A DNA stretch of 64,000 nucleotides from Vicinamibacterales bacterium. Its GTDB lineage: Bacteria; Acidobacteriota; Vicinamibacteria; Vicinamibacterales; UBA8438. The notes under the pieces were generated by a model. That model did not search any database, had not been told where the DNA came from, and saw only the letters and a program-made list of their open reading frames with translations. The translations under genes and the position numbers were made by a program. This document shows positions 47,559 to 55,965 of the stretch, one piece after another (the stretch's first letter is position 1; every line of letters starts with the position of its first letter). Location: NCBI GenBank assembly GCA_029940535.1, contig JAPYUM010000002.1, positions 19,264 through 83,263 on the forward strand, read 5' to 3'.

Positions 47559-48389
47559 ATGCACCGAGCCGCCCTCGTTCTAGTCTTGGCCATCCTCGTG
47601 GGCGGAGCCGGCTACCTGGCGAATCGGGCGATTCAACACGTCGAACGGCTCAATACAGAGATCGGCACACTGGAAGAGGCGCTGGAGCAGACCACGGTGG
47701 ACGCCGAAGCCGCCGTGCAGCGGGCCACGACGGCTGAACGCTCCGCGATTGACGCCACCACGTCGGCCGCACAGGCACGGGCCAACGCCGACCAAGCCCG
47801 CCAAAATGCCCTTGACTCAGACGAGCGGGCGAACGTGGCCGACCGTCGAGCCACCGCCGCGGTCCAGACCTCAATCGAGGCCCAGCAAGACGCGCGGCGG
47901 GCTCGCGAGGAGGCTGACGAGATTCGGCGGGTCGCCGAAGCGGAGATGAATCGGTTGACCGAGGCGCTGGGGCAGATCGCCGAAACCCGGCGCACCGCCC
48001 TCGGGCTCGTCATGAGTCTCGACGAAGGCTATCTGAAGTTCGACTTCGACCAAGCTGAGCTGCGTCCAGCGAGCCGAGAGCTGCTGTCCCGCATCGCCGG
48101 CATTCTCTTCACCGCCACGGATTCCGCCATCACCGTCACCGGGCATACCGACACCCGGGGTGAGGTGGAGTACAACCAGGAATTGTCAGAACGCAGAGCG
48201 CGGGCGGTGGCGGACTACCTGATCGGGGCCGGTCTCCCCGCCGACCTCTTCACGGTGGAGGGCCTGGGCAAGTCACAACTCGTCGACTCCGGCGACACGG
48301 CAGAGGCGCATTCGAAGAATCGGCGGGTCGAACTGGGTATCGTCAACGCGCGCATGATCGAGTCCTACGCGAACTTCCCCGCCCGGTAG
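47559..48389 (+). CDS. OmpA-family protein with N-terminal TM anchor and coiled-coil region
   Basis: The C-terminal OmpA_C domain (VTGHTDTRGEVEYNQELSERRARAVADYL...NRRVEL). The ATG at 47559 gives MHRAALVLVLAILV. Confidence 0.88.
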   Translation: MHRAALVLVLAILVGGAGYLANRAIQHVERLNTEIGTLEEALEQTTVDAEAAVQRATTAERSAIDATTSAAQARANADQARQNALDSDERANVADRRATAAVQTSIEAQQDARRAREEADEIRRVAEAEMNRLTEALGQIAETRRTALGLVMSLDEGYLKFDFDQAELRPASRELLSRIAGILFTATDSAITVTGHTDTRGEVEYNQELSERRARAVADYLIGAGLPADLFTVEGLGKSQLVDSGDTAEAHSKNRRVELGIVNARMIESYANFPAR

Positions 48390-48415
48390 TTCTGCACCGA
48401 CTGCCCCAGCGCCGG

Positions 48416-49450
48416 TTACCGCACGAGCGGACGCCATTCGAGCGTCCAACTGACCGGGAGTTCGACCGGTGTATAGCAGATGGCGTCGTCGCACGCCTGA
48501 TACTCCAACACCCCGTCGATCGTGAGACGCGCGTCCGGCTCGGCCGCCATTCCGGCGATCTCGCGAGTCATCGAAATCGTCACCTCCTGCACGAGCTGAA
48601 ATGGCTGCACGAAGACCTCGACCCGTTCGTCGAGCGGTTCGAAATGGTAGATCTCGGCGGCCGGGTAGGTCACCTCGTGGGCCCGCACGAACTCAGGCGC
48701 CTCAACCCGAAGACTGATGACCTGATAGCTGTGCGCACCCGGAGCGTAGACGTGCATGCCCGCCTTGGGTGTCACGTCGACCACCAGCGAGAAGCGATTG
48801 CCGGGGGCCACTGTGCGGTCGGTCGGGTAGGCCAGCGCCTCAAGGTGGTCCGTCGTGAGCCGCGTGGCGTTCCTGTCCGTCCCATCGGCCGCCTCGCCCA
48901 GCGCCACCATGATGCTCGACACGGTAAACCGCTCCTGGTAGGCCTGCTCGAAGAAGCGCTCGGTGACCCGGCCCTCAGGGTCGAGAATGAACGTGCCCGG
49001 ATAGGGGATACCGTAGAACCGCACGCCCGGCGCCTGCTCACGATTCAGCAGGTCGTAAGCCTTGATGATCGCTGACCCCTCGTCTGACAGCACCGGGAAC
49101 TCGATCCCGCGCGTATCGGAGAAGCCTTTGAGGGTATCGACCGTGTCGTAGGTGATGACGGCGAGTCCAAGGCCTTGGGCCGTGATGTCCGCGTAGCGGC
49201 TTTGCAGCTCCACGAGCTGCGTCTTGCAATACGGTCACCAATCCGCCGACCGGCTAAACACCAGCATCGCACCCTGGGGCCCCATGATGGACTCCACGGT
49301 CTGCGCTTGCCCGGACTGGTCCGGGAGACTGAATGCCGGGACGACGTCGCCGACCTGTGGGCCGAACTGATCCACGTCAGGCAGATCCTGGGCGACCGCG
49401 CCGAGCGCCACCGCCAAGAGGAAGATGCCGGAAAACACGAAATACCGCAT
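48416..49450 (-). CDS. secreted AhpC/TSA-redoxin-like protein fused to a DsbD-N/DsbC-like domain; candidate selenoprotein (in-frame TGA at 49235..49237)
   Basis: Two same-frame track ORFs are separated by a single TGA. Read-through gives FSRSADW-U-PYCKTQLVELQ, the redoxin WCxxC context. There is a signal peptide, and the C-terminal domain carries YQACDDAICY. Confidence 0.7.
49204..49220 (-). promoter_or_regulatory. candidate bacterial SECIS hairpin
   Basis: GCAGCUC-GUG-GAGCUGC forms a perfect 7-bp stem starting 14 nt after the in-frame UGA, with G/U in the apical loop. Confidence 0.5.
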
Positions 49451-49563
49451 GTCTCTTGTCTCCAGAGTGCCCGATGGATCCGGGCGGGCCTGACAGCAAG
49501 ACGCCGCCGACAAGCGAAACTCCCCCCCCCCTAAATACAGAGACGGCGGAGACGAGGGCCGAG

Positions 49564-50001
49564 CTACGGCAGACGCTGCCAGCGAGAACCGAGTCTCGCC
49601 GCCTCACCGCCGGGCGCCCAGATGACCAGCGTCTTGGCCGGCGGCCCGTCCGCATCGACGATGTGGTTGACCTGATCCGGTGGCTTGACGTACCCGAGCA
49701 TCCCCTCGGTCAGGATGTGGCTTTCGCCGTTGACGACATGCTCGAGAGTGCCTTCCAGGACATAGAAGATCTCCGTGACCCCATGTGAGTGGTTGCCGGA
49801 ATTGGTTCCTGGCGGCAACGTCAACCGCGCGACGTCGACCTCGACATCCATCGTTGGACCATCGAACAACACATCGAGCCGCGTGCCGCCAGGTCCGCTC
49901 TCAAAACTCACGACATCGGTGGTCGACTGCGCGAGCATCCCCGCGCCGAACGATGCCACACAGGCCACGACCGCCAACACGAGTCCTCGTCGATTCGTCA
50001 T
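49564..50001 (-). CDS. cupin domain-containing secreted protein
   Basis: Signal peptide plus cupin motifs GNHSHGVTEIFYVLEGTL... Confidence 0.8.
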   Translation of the reverse strand: MTNRRGLVLAVVACVASFGAGMLAQSTTDVVSFESGPGGTRLDVLFDGPTMDVEVDVARLTLPPGTNSGNHSHGVTEIFYVLEGTLEHVVNGESHILTEGMLGYVKPPDQVNHIVDADGPPAKTLVIWAPGGEAARLGSRWQRLP

Positions 50002-50076
50002 CTCTCTCCCTCTTTGGCACCGGCCTGGACCCGTCTACGCTCCGTGGAGGTGAGCCTTCCCATCTCGATAGTGAGG

Positions 50077-50643
50077 TCAACGCCGCAGGTCGGATGACGC
50101 CACCGTGGGTGCAGGTGCGGTCTCGCCCACGGTCGCGCTCCGGCCGATGATCCGGAGCATTCTGGGCGTCAAGAACCAGCGAAGCTCACCCGGTGGTCCG
50201 TGGTGGTTTCCGGTCATGTCGATCCGACAGACCGCCCCCTTCTTGAACCGCAGCGGCCACCGGCAGCCGGTGAGCGCGCTGGCGAGCTCCCCGATATTGG
50301 GCTCGTGGCCAACGAGCGCGATGGACGTGGCGTCCGGGTAGCGCGCCAGGACCTCTCGCACGTCGCCCGGCGTGCCGTCGAACGCCAACGCGTCGCAGTC
50401 TGTCACCGGTATCGCGACCGGCGTCGAGGCGGAGCCACCCGCCGCCACAATATCCGCCGTCTGGCGCGCGCGGACCAGCGGACTACTGAGGATGTGGTCA
50501 AACGCGACGCCCAGAGCCGCCAGGGCCGTGGCCTCGAGCCGCATACGGGCCAGGCCACTCGTGGTCAGCGGCCGACGCCCATCGTCGGGATAGTCTGGAC
50601 CGCGGTCGGCAGCAATACCGTGGCGTATGAGATAGAGCTGTAT
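50077..50643 (-). CDS. sixA: phosphohistidine phosphatase SixA (non-canonical ATA start proposed)
   Basis: The track ORF starts at MRLEAT (50544), but the catalytic block IQLYLIRHGIAADRG lies in frame upstream. There is no ATG/GTG/TTG between the upstream stop and this block. ATA at 50641..50643 is preceded by GGAGGTGA with 7-nt spacing from the GGAGG core. Confidence 0.6.
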   Translation of the reverse strand: MQLYLIRHGIAADRGPDYPDDGRRPLTTSGLARMRLEATALAALGVAFDHILSSPLVRARQTADIVAAGGSASTPVAIPVTDCDALAFDGTPGDVREVLARYPDATSIALVGHEPNIGELASALTGCRWPLRFKKGAVCRIDMTGNHHGPPGELRWFLTPRMLRIIGRSATVGETAPAPTVASSDLRR

Positions 50644-50684
50644 GGGATCACCTCCGGCGACAGTCGTCCCGTGTCAGAGGCACA

Positions 50685-51659
50685 CTAGCCATCCGAGGCG
50701 ACACGGCGGGCCGTCGAAGCAGGTTCGGCCACCACGTCGACCAGAGTCATCTTGAGACGCGGCGTCGGCGCCCCTCCGTTCGGCGGTCGGCTCCAGATCC
50801 GCGTCGCGGCCTCATCGGCGGCACCGGCCGCCTGCGTCAGCTGACGACGCTGCCCGATGAACTCGCTGTGAAGCCGCCGGCACTCCGCTTCCAGCCGATG
50901 TCGGAGACCGTCGACATGCGTGACCCAGCGTGGGACCGGCGGCGCCGGGAGCGGCATCCCATGGATCACGCGGGTCAGCACCTCGATGTCGTGCAGCCGC
51001 CCAAGCGTGTCCTGCACTGCTTTCAACCACTGCGCCGGGGCCCGACGCCGGGTCGCTCCCGCCTCGGCGGCCAACTCGAAGCCGTAGCGCAGTTTCTTGG
51101 CGGCGATACGGACGGCATGGAGACGATCCGGCACATAGAGCACACCCGCGACATCCACCGCGTCGCGAAGCTGACTGGCCCGAGCCCCCAACCGTACCGA
51201 CAACGTCCGGGTCCAGGCGCCCGTCGTCGACCCGCGCAGCTCCGCCCCCACGGCGCTCAGCCGACGGCCAAGCTTGCTGGCGTGCACCTGTTCGAGGTCC
51301 GAGACCATCCGACGCCTGGCATTCGTGCGAAGGTCGTCGAGATGCTGTCGCAGCCGAACCGTCGCATCGTCGGGGGTCCGTCCATCACGCGTCAACTTGT
51401 CGAGCAGCTGGATCCCCACGTCTATTTCGCGCACCCGGCCGAGCGCACGCCCCACCCGCTGCAGGCGGCGCCGGGCCCGGGGCGTCGCCTTGCCCCCGAG
51501 ATCGGCCGCGACCAGCGGGAGCAGTTCTCGCAAACGCCGGGTCGAGACGCGACAATCGTGTAGCGGCTCCACCTCGCCGGCGACGGCCGCGCCCAGATTC
51601 CGCTCGAAAGCGCTGAGGTAGCGGCCGAATGGGGGCTCCAGGCGATGTCGACGGGGCAT
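50685..51659 (-). CDS. CHAD domain-containing protein
   Basis: CHAD signatures HDCRVSTRRLRELL and HAVRIAAKKLRYGFE. ATG at 51659, or TTG at 51683. Confidence 0.85.
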   Translation of the reverse strand: MPRRHRLEPPFGRYLSAFERNLGAAVAGEVEPLHDCRVSTRRLRELLPLVAADLGGKATPRARRRLQRVGRALGRVREIDVGIQLLDKLTRDGRTPDDATVRLRQHLDDLRTNARRRMVSDLEQVHASKLGRRLSAVGAELRGSTTGAWTRTLSVRLGARASQLRDAVDVAGVLYVPDRLHAVRIAAKKLRYGFELAAEAGATRRRAPAQWLKAVQDTLGRLHDIEVLTRVIHGMPLPAPPVPRWVTHVDGLRHRLEAECRRLHSEFIGQRRQLTQAAGAADEAATRIWSRPPNGGAPTPRLKMTLVDVVAEPASTARRVASDG

Positions 51660-51776
51660 GGTAGGATGGGCGTCGTGACGCAAGAGCGCCGTGCACGAGG
51701 CGTTCGACCCTTCAGATTATATCCAACGCCTCGTACCCACAGCACGCTCGACATACGTGTGACACGCGCCTGACGC

Positions 51777-53390
51777 ATGCGTATTGCCACCATCGACATC
51801 GGCACGAATTCGATCCACATGATTGTGGTCCGGGTGCGCCCGGACCTCTCGTTCGAGATCGTCGACCGGGAGAAGGAGATGGTGCGTCTCGGCGCCGGCG
51901 GTCTGGACGGTCGGGCCCTGACTGACACGGCCATGCAGAACGGTCTGCTGGCGCTGTCGCGGTTCCGTCGCCTGGCCGACTCGCATCGGGTCGACGAAAT
52001 CGTGACGGCCGCCACGAGCGCCGTGCGCGAGGCCGACAACGGACGCGAGTTCCTCGATGCGATTCAGCAGTGCACCGGCATGCGCGCCATCGTCATTTCG
52101 GGCACCGAAGAGGCGCGCCTGATCCACCAGGCCGCGGTCTACGGTGTCGATGTCGGCACCGGGTCCGCGGTGGTCGTCGACATCGGCGGAGGCAGCGTCG
52201 AGCTGACGGTCGGGTCGGCAGCCGGCGCCACGCTCACCCGCAGCTTGAAGATCGGCGTGATTCGCCTGACCGAACGCTTCCGCGCCAGTGACCCGCTCTC
52301 GAAGCGTGACGACCGGGACATGACCCAGTACGTGACCGAGGCGATCGCCGAGCCGATCGCACAGATCCGCGCCCTGGGATTCGACCGCGTCATCGGGACG
52401 TCAGGCACCATCCTGAGTCTCGGGGCCCTGGCGAGCGGTGAGACCCGGTCAGCCGACGACGAGGTGCGGAATCTCCGGGTGCCCACCAAGCAGTTCCGAC
52501 GGGTGCGGGAGGAGCTGACGGCGCTGAACCTGACCGAGCGTCTTCGCGTGCCGGGGCTCGACCCGCGTCGGGCCGATCTGATTGTGGCCGGCGCGGTGTT
52601 GTTCGACACCATCCTCAAGGCCCTCGACGTCTCGGAAGTCACGCTCTGCGGTCTGTCGCTGCGGGAAGGTCTGGCCCTCGACTACATCCATCGAAATCGC
52701 ACCAAGGTCGCCAAGGTCGAGCAGTATCCGGATGTGAGACGACGCAGCGTCATCGAACTCGCCGAGCGATGCAACTACTCGGCGGCGCATGCCGGCCAAG
52801 TCGCTCGGATCGCCCTGTCGCTGTTCGACCAGACGGTCGCGACCCACGGACTGGACCGACAGGAACGAGAGTGGCTGGAGTACGCCGCCCTCCTCCACGA
52901 CATCGGCGTCCACATCAGCTTCGCGCGACACCACAAGCACTCGTACTATCTGGTCAAGCACGGCGACCTGCGTGGGTTCGAACCGGACGAAGCGGCGGTC
53001 ATCGCGCTGACCACCCGCTATCACCGGCGCGCGACGCCCAAGAAGACCCACCCGGGATATAGCGACCTCTCGCCCTCGTTGCGCCGGACCGTTCGCACGC
53101 TCGCCGCCCTGCTCCGGTTGGCCGAAGGGCTCGACCGCAGCCATGGCCAGAGCGTCAGCGACGTCATCGTATCGCCGGTCGACGACGCCTACTTCATACG
53201 TCTCGGGGCGCATGGCGACACAGAGCTCGAGTTGTGGGCCGCCCAGCGCCATGTGGCGCCGCTCGAGCAGGTGCTCGGTCGCCCGATCCGCTTCGAGTTC
53301 CTCGGTCGCACCGCGGAACCGCTGGGACCGCCACCGGGCCGCGAGCGCCCATCAGAGGCACCCTCCGTCGCGGAGTCCTCAGGCTCGTGA
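51777..53390 (+). CDS. ppx: Ppx/GppA-family exopolyphosphatase with C-terminal HD domain
   Basis: MRIATIDIGTNSIHMIV... (ASKHA fold), VVDIGGGSVEL and an HD-region LLHDIG. Confidence 0.92.
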   Translation: MRIATIDIGTNSIHMIVVRVRPDLSFEIVDREKEMVRLGAGGLDGRALTDTAMQNGLLALSRFRRLADSHRVDEIVTAATSAVREADNGREFLDAIQQCTGMRAIVISGTEEARLIHQAAVYGVDVGTGSAVVVDIGGGSVELTVGSAAGATLTRSLKIGVIRLTERFRASDPLSKRDDRDMTQYVTEAIAEPIAQIRALGFDRVIGTSGTILSLGALASGETRSADDEVRNLRVPTKQFRRVREELTALNLTERLRVPGLDPRRADLIVAGAVLFDTILKALDVSEVTLCGLSLREGLALDYIHRNRTKVAKVEQYPDVRRRSVIELAERCNYSAAHAGQVARIALSLFDQTVATHGLDRQEREWLEYAALLHDIGVHISFARHHKHSYYLVKHGDLRGFEPDEAAVIALTTRYHRRATPKKTHPGYSDLSPSLRRTVRTLAALLRLAEGLDRSHGQSVSDVIVSPVDDAYFIRLGAHGDTELELWAAQRHVAPLEQVLGRPIRFEFLGRTAEPLGPPPGRERPSEAPSVAESSGS

Positions 53391-54259
53391 CCGCCCGAAC
53401 GCTGGTGGGAGCGCTGGTCGTGGTCGCGGGCACGGGCGTGTCGGCGCAGGAAAGCGACCTGATCGCGCCGGGCGCAAAGGTCGAGCGGCTGGCGGGCGGG
53501 TTCGGCTTTCTGGAAGGACCCGCGGCCGACGCCGACGGTGCGCTCTACTTCAGCGACGTGGTCAACGACCGGATCCATCGGTGGTCGCCGGAGACCGGCG
53601 TCACCACGTTTCGGGAACGCACCGGTCGAGCGAACGGGCTGCGAGTCGATCTCGACGGCACGCTGCTGGTGTGCGAAATGGACACTCGGCAGTTGACGGC
53701 GATCGACCAGAGCGGTCAGCGGTCGGTCCTGGCGGACGAGTTCGAGGGACAGCGGTTCAACAGCCCGAATGACCTCTGGGTAGACCCGAAAGGGGGCATC
53801 TACTTCAGCGACCCCCACTATGGCCCGACGGATGCCCAGGAGATCAAGGGGAACCACGTCTACTATCTGGCGCCAGACCGCGAGACCCTCCGACAGGTCA
53901 CCACCGATCTCGTGCAACCGAACGGCATTATCGGCACCCCGGATGGATCCAGGGTCTACATCGCCGACCAGGGGGTCGGCCGGTTGTGGGCGTACCGACC
54001 GTCGGATGACGGCTCGTTGAACGACAAGCGACTGTTCGTCTCGCAAGGCTCGGACGGCCTGACCATGGACGAGCGTGGCAATCTGTATGTGACCGGACAG
54101 GACATCACCATTTTTGACCCCAGCGGGGAACCCATTGCCTCGATTGGGATACCGGAACCACCCGCGAACCTCACGTTCGGGGGACGGGATGGAACGACGC
54201 TGTTCATCACGGCCCGCACGTCGCTCTACCGAGTGGACATGCGGGTCACCGGACAATAG
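53387..54259 (+). CDS. SMP-30/gluconolactonase/LRE family protein (secreted)
   Basis: The GTG at 53387 overlaps the ppx stop (GTGA) and gives a signal peptide VTARTLVGALVVVAGTGVSAQ. Six-bladed propeller motifs are present (FLEGPAADADGALYFSD; PNGI; LFITA). Confidence 0.85.
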   Translation: MTARTLVGALVVVAGTGVSAQESDLIAPGAKVERLAGGFGFLEGPAADADGALYFSDVVNDRIHRWSPETGVTTFRERTGRANGLRVDLDGTLLVCEMDTRQLTAIDQSGQRSVLADEFEGQRFNSPNDLWVDPKGGIYFSDPHYGPTDAQEIKGNHVYYLAPDRETLRQVTTDLVQPNGIIGTPDGSRVYIADQGVGRLWAYRPSDDGSLNDKRLFVSQGSDGLTMDERGNLYVTGQDITIFDPSGEPIASIGIPEPPANLTFGGRDGTTLFITARTSLYRVDMRVTGQ

Positions 54260-54372
54260 GACCGCGGCCGACCTCCCGGGACTCGAGCCTCGACCAGGCC
54301 ATCCGATTCGGCTAAAATTGTTGTCCCACCCCATCGAATGCAGTGGGGCTTCACTGCGGGTAGAGTTGCGCC

Positions 54373-54549
54373 ATGGGTCAGTCGCTTTGCGTCCAGTGCC
54401 GGACACAACCGGTTGATCCAGCGTGGCGGCCGTTCTGCAGCGAGCGATGCAAGCTCCTGGATTTGGGAAACTGGGTGGCCGGCCGCTACCGCGTGGAGGG
54501 CGACGCGACCACTATCCGCAACAGTGACGATCCGGACCCGGACGCTTGA
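54373..54549 (+). CDS. yacG: DNA gyrase inhibitor YacG (zinc finger), 58 aa, absent from the ORF track
   Basis: MGQSLCVQCRTQPVDPAWRPFCSERCKLLDLGNWVAGRYRV... matches the YacG pattern C-x2-C...PFCS-x-RC-x3-DLG-x-W. Confidence 0.75.
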   Translation: MGQSLCVQCRTQPVDPAWRPFCSERCKLLDLGNWVAGRYRVEGDATTIRNSDDPDPDA

Positions 54550-54578
54550 TACACGACGCGAAGAGTTTCTGACACCTT

Positions 54579-55865
54579 ATGACTGACACGCTGACGATTA
54601 CCGACAACCGCACGGGCAAGCAGTATGACGTCCCCGTCACGGACGACACGATCCGGGCGATGGACCTTCGCCAGATCAAGGTCAACCCGAATGACTTCGG
54701 CTTGATGACCTACGACCCGGCGTTTCTCAATACCGCATCGTGCCGCAGTGCGATCACCTTCATCGATGGGGCCAAAGGCATCCTGCGGTACAGGGGATAC
54801 CCGATCGAACAACTGGCCGAGCACGGGACGTTCGTGGAGACCGCCTATCTCCTGCTGGATGGCGACCTGCCGAACGACACCCAGCTCACCGCGTGGAAAC
54901 AGGACCTCTCCGGTCACGTGATGCTCCACGAGAACATCAAGAAGTTCATGGAGGGGTTCCGATACGACGCCCACCCGATGGGCATCTTCTTGAGCACGGT
55001 CGGCGCGTTGTCTACGTTCTATCCGATGGCGAAGAATGTCGACGACCAACCGTCGCGACGCCGGCAGAGTCTACGGCTCATCGCCAAGGTGCCGAGCATC
55101 GCCGCGTATGCGTATCGGCACCACGTCGGAAAGCCATATATCTATCCGGACAGCCAGCTCAGCTACACCGGCAACTTCCTGAACCAACTGTTCAAGCGGA
55201 CAGAACCGATCTACCGACCCGACCCGGTGCTGGAGCGCGCGCTCGATGTGCTGTTCATCCTGCACGCGGACCACGAGCAGAACTGCAGCACCAGCGCCAT
55301 GCGAGGCATCGGCAGCTCGAACGCGGACCCGTACGCGTCGATGGCCGGCGCAGCGGCGGCGCTCTCTGGCCCGCTGCACGGCGGCGCCAATGAAGCGGTG
55401 TTGCGAATGTTGAACGACATCGGCTCCATCGACAAGGTGCCGGCGTTCGTCAAGAGCGTGAAGGCTGGCGAGGGCCGGCTGATGGGATTCGGGCACCGGG
55501 TCTACAAGTCGTACGACCCGCGAGCGACCGTCATCAAGCAGACGGCGAACGAGGTCTTCGAGGTCACCGGGCGCAACCCGTTGCTCGATATCGCGCTCGA
55601 GCTCGAGCGGATTGCGCTACAGGACGAGTACTTCGTGTCGCGAAAACTGTATCCGAACGTGGACTTCTACTCAGGGCTGATCTATCAGGCGATGGGATTC
55701 GACCCGGCGATGTTCCCGGTGCTGTTCGCGATCGGACGCACGGCCGGATGGGTAGCCCAGTGGGAAGAACTGACCAGCGACAACACCCGGAAAATCGCCA
55801 GACCGCGGCAGGTCTACGTTGGCGAGGACGCGAGAGATTACGTCCCCCTGTCCGACCGCGGGTAA
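54579..55865 (+). CDS. gltA: citrate synthase (type II)
   Basis: 428 aa; ...LHADHEQNCSTSAMR..., GPLHGGANE, GFGHRVYK. Confidence 0.97.
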   Translation: MTDTLTITDNRTGKQYDVPVTDDTIRAMDLRQIKVNPNDFGLMTYDPAFLNTASCRSAITFIDGAKGILRYRGYPIEQLAEHGTFVETAYLLLDGDLPNDTQLTAWKQDLSGHVMLHENIKKFMEGFRYDAHPMGIFLSTVGALSTFYPMAKNVDDQPSRRRQSLRLIAKVPSIAAYAYRHHVGKPYIYPDSQLSYTGNFLNQLFKRTEPIYRPDPVLERALDVLFILHADHEQNCSTSAMRGIGSSNADPYASMAGAAAALSGPLHGGANEAVLRMLNDIGSIDKVPAFVKSVKAGEGRLMGFGHRVYKSYDPRATVIKQTANEVFEVTGRNPLLDIALELERIALQDEYFVSRKLYPNVDFYSGLIYQAMGFDPAMFPVLFAIGRTAGWVAQWEELTSDNTRKIARPRQVYVGEDARDYVPLSDRG

Positions 55866-55866
55866 A

Positions 55867-55965
55867 GGCGCGCGACAATGCGCGCCACGCGGCCAACGGA
55901 GTGGGGCATGCGGGGTCCCCACGTAGTGGCCGCGTGGGGTTCGGGGCGCAGCCCCGCGCCGTCTA
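55867..55965 (-). repeat. Family-1 dispersed intergenic repeat (copy G, reverse)
   Basis: GGCGCGCGACAATGCGCGCC...GGAGTGGGGCATGCGGGGTCCCCACGTAGTGGCCGCGTGGGGTTCGGGGCGCAGCCCCGCGCCGTCTA. The stop codon of the downstream minus-strand gene lies inside its end. Confidence 0.88.

Noticed and set aside
50200-50688. 162-aa plus-strand ORF across sixA.
   Set aside because: It is antisense to a clear SixA reading frame and has no motifs.
4779-55965. Repeated ~90-bp units as a possible CRISPR array.
   Set aside because: The copies are dispersed kilobases apart in both orientations and are not tandem with short unique spacers. No cas genes are present.
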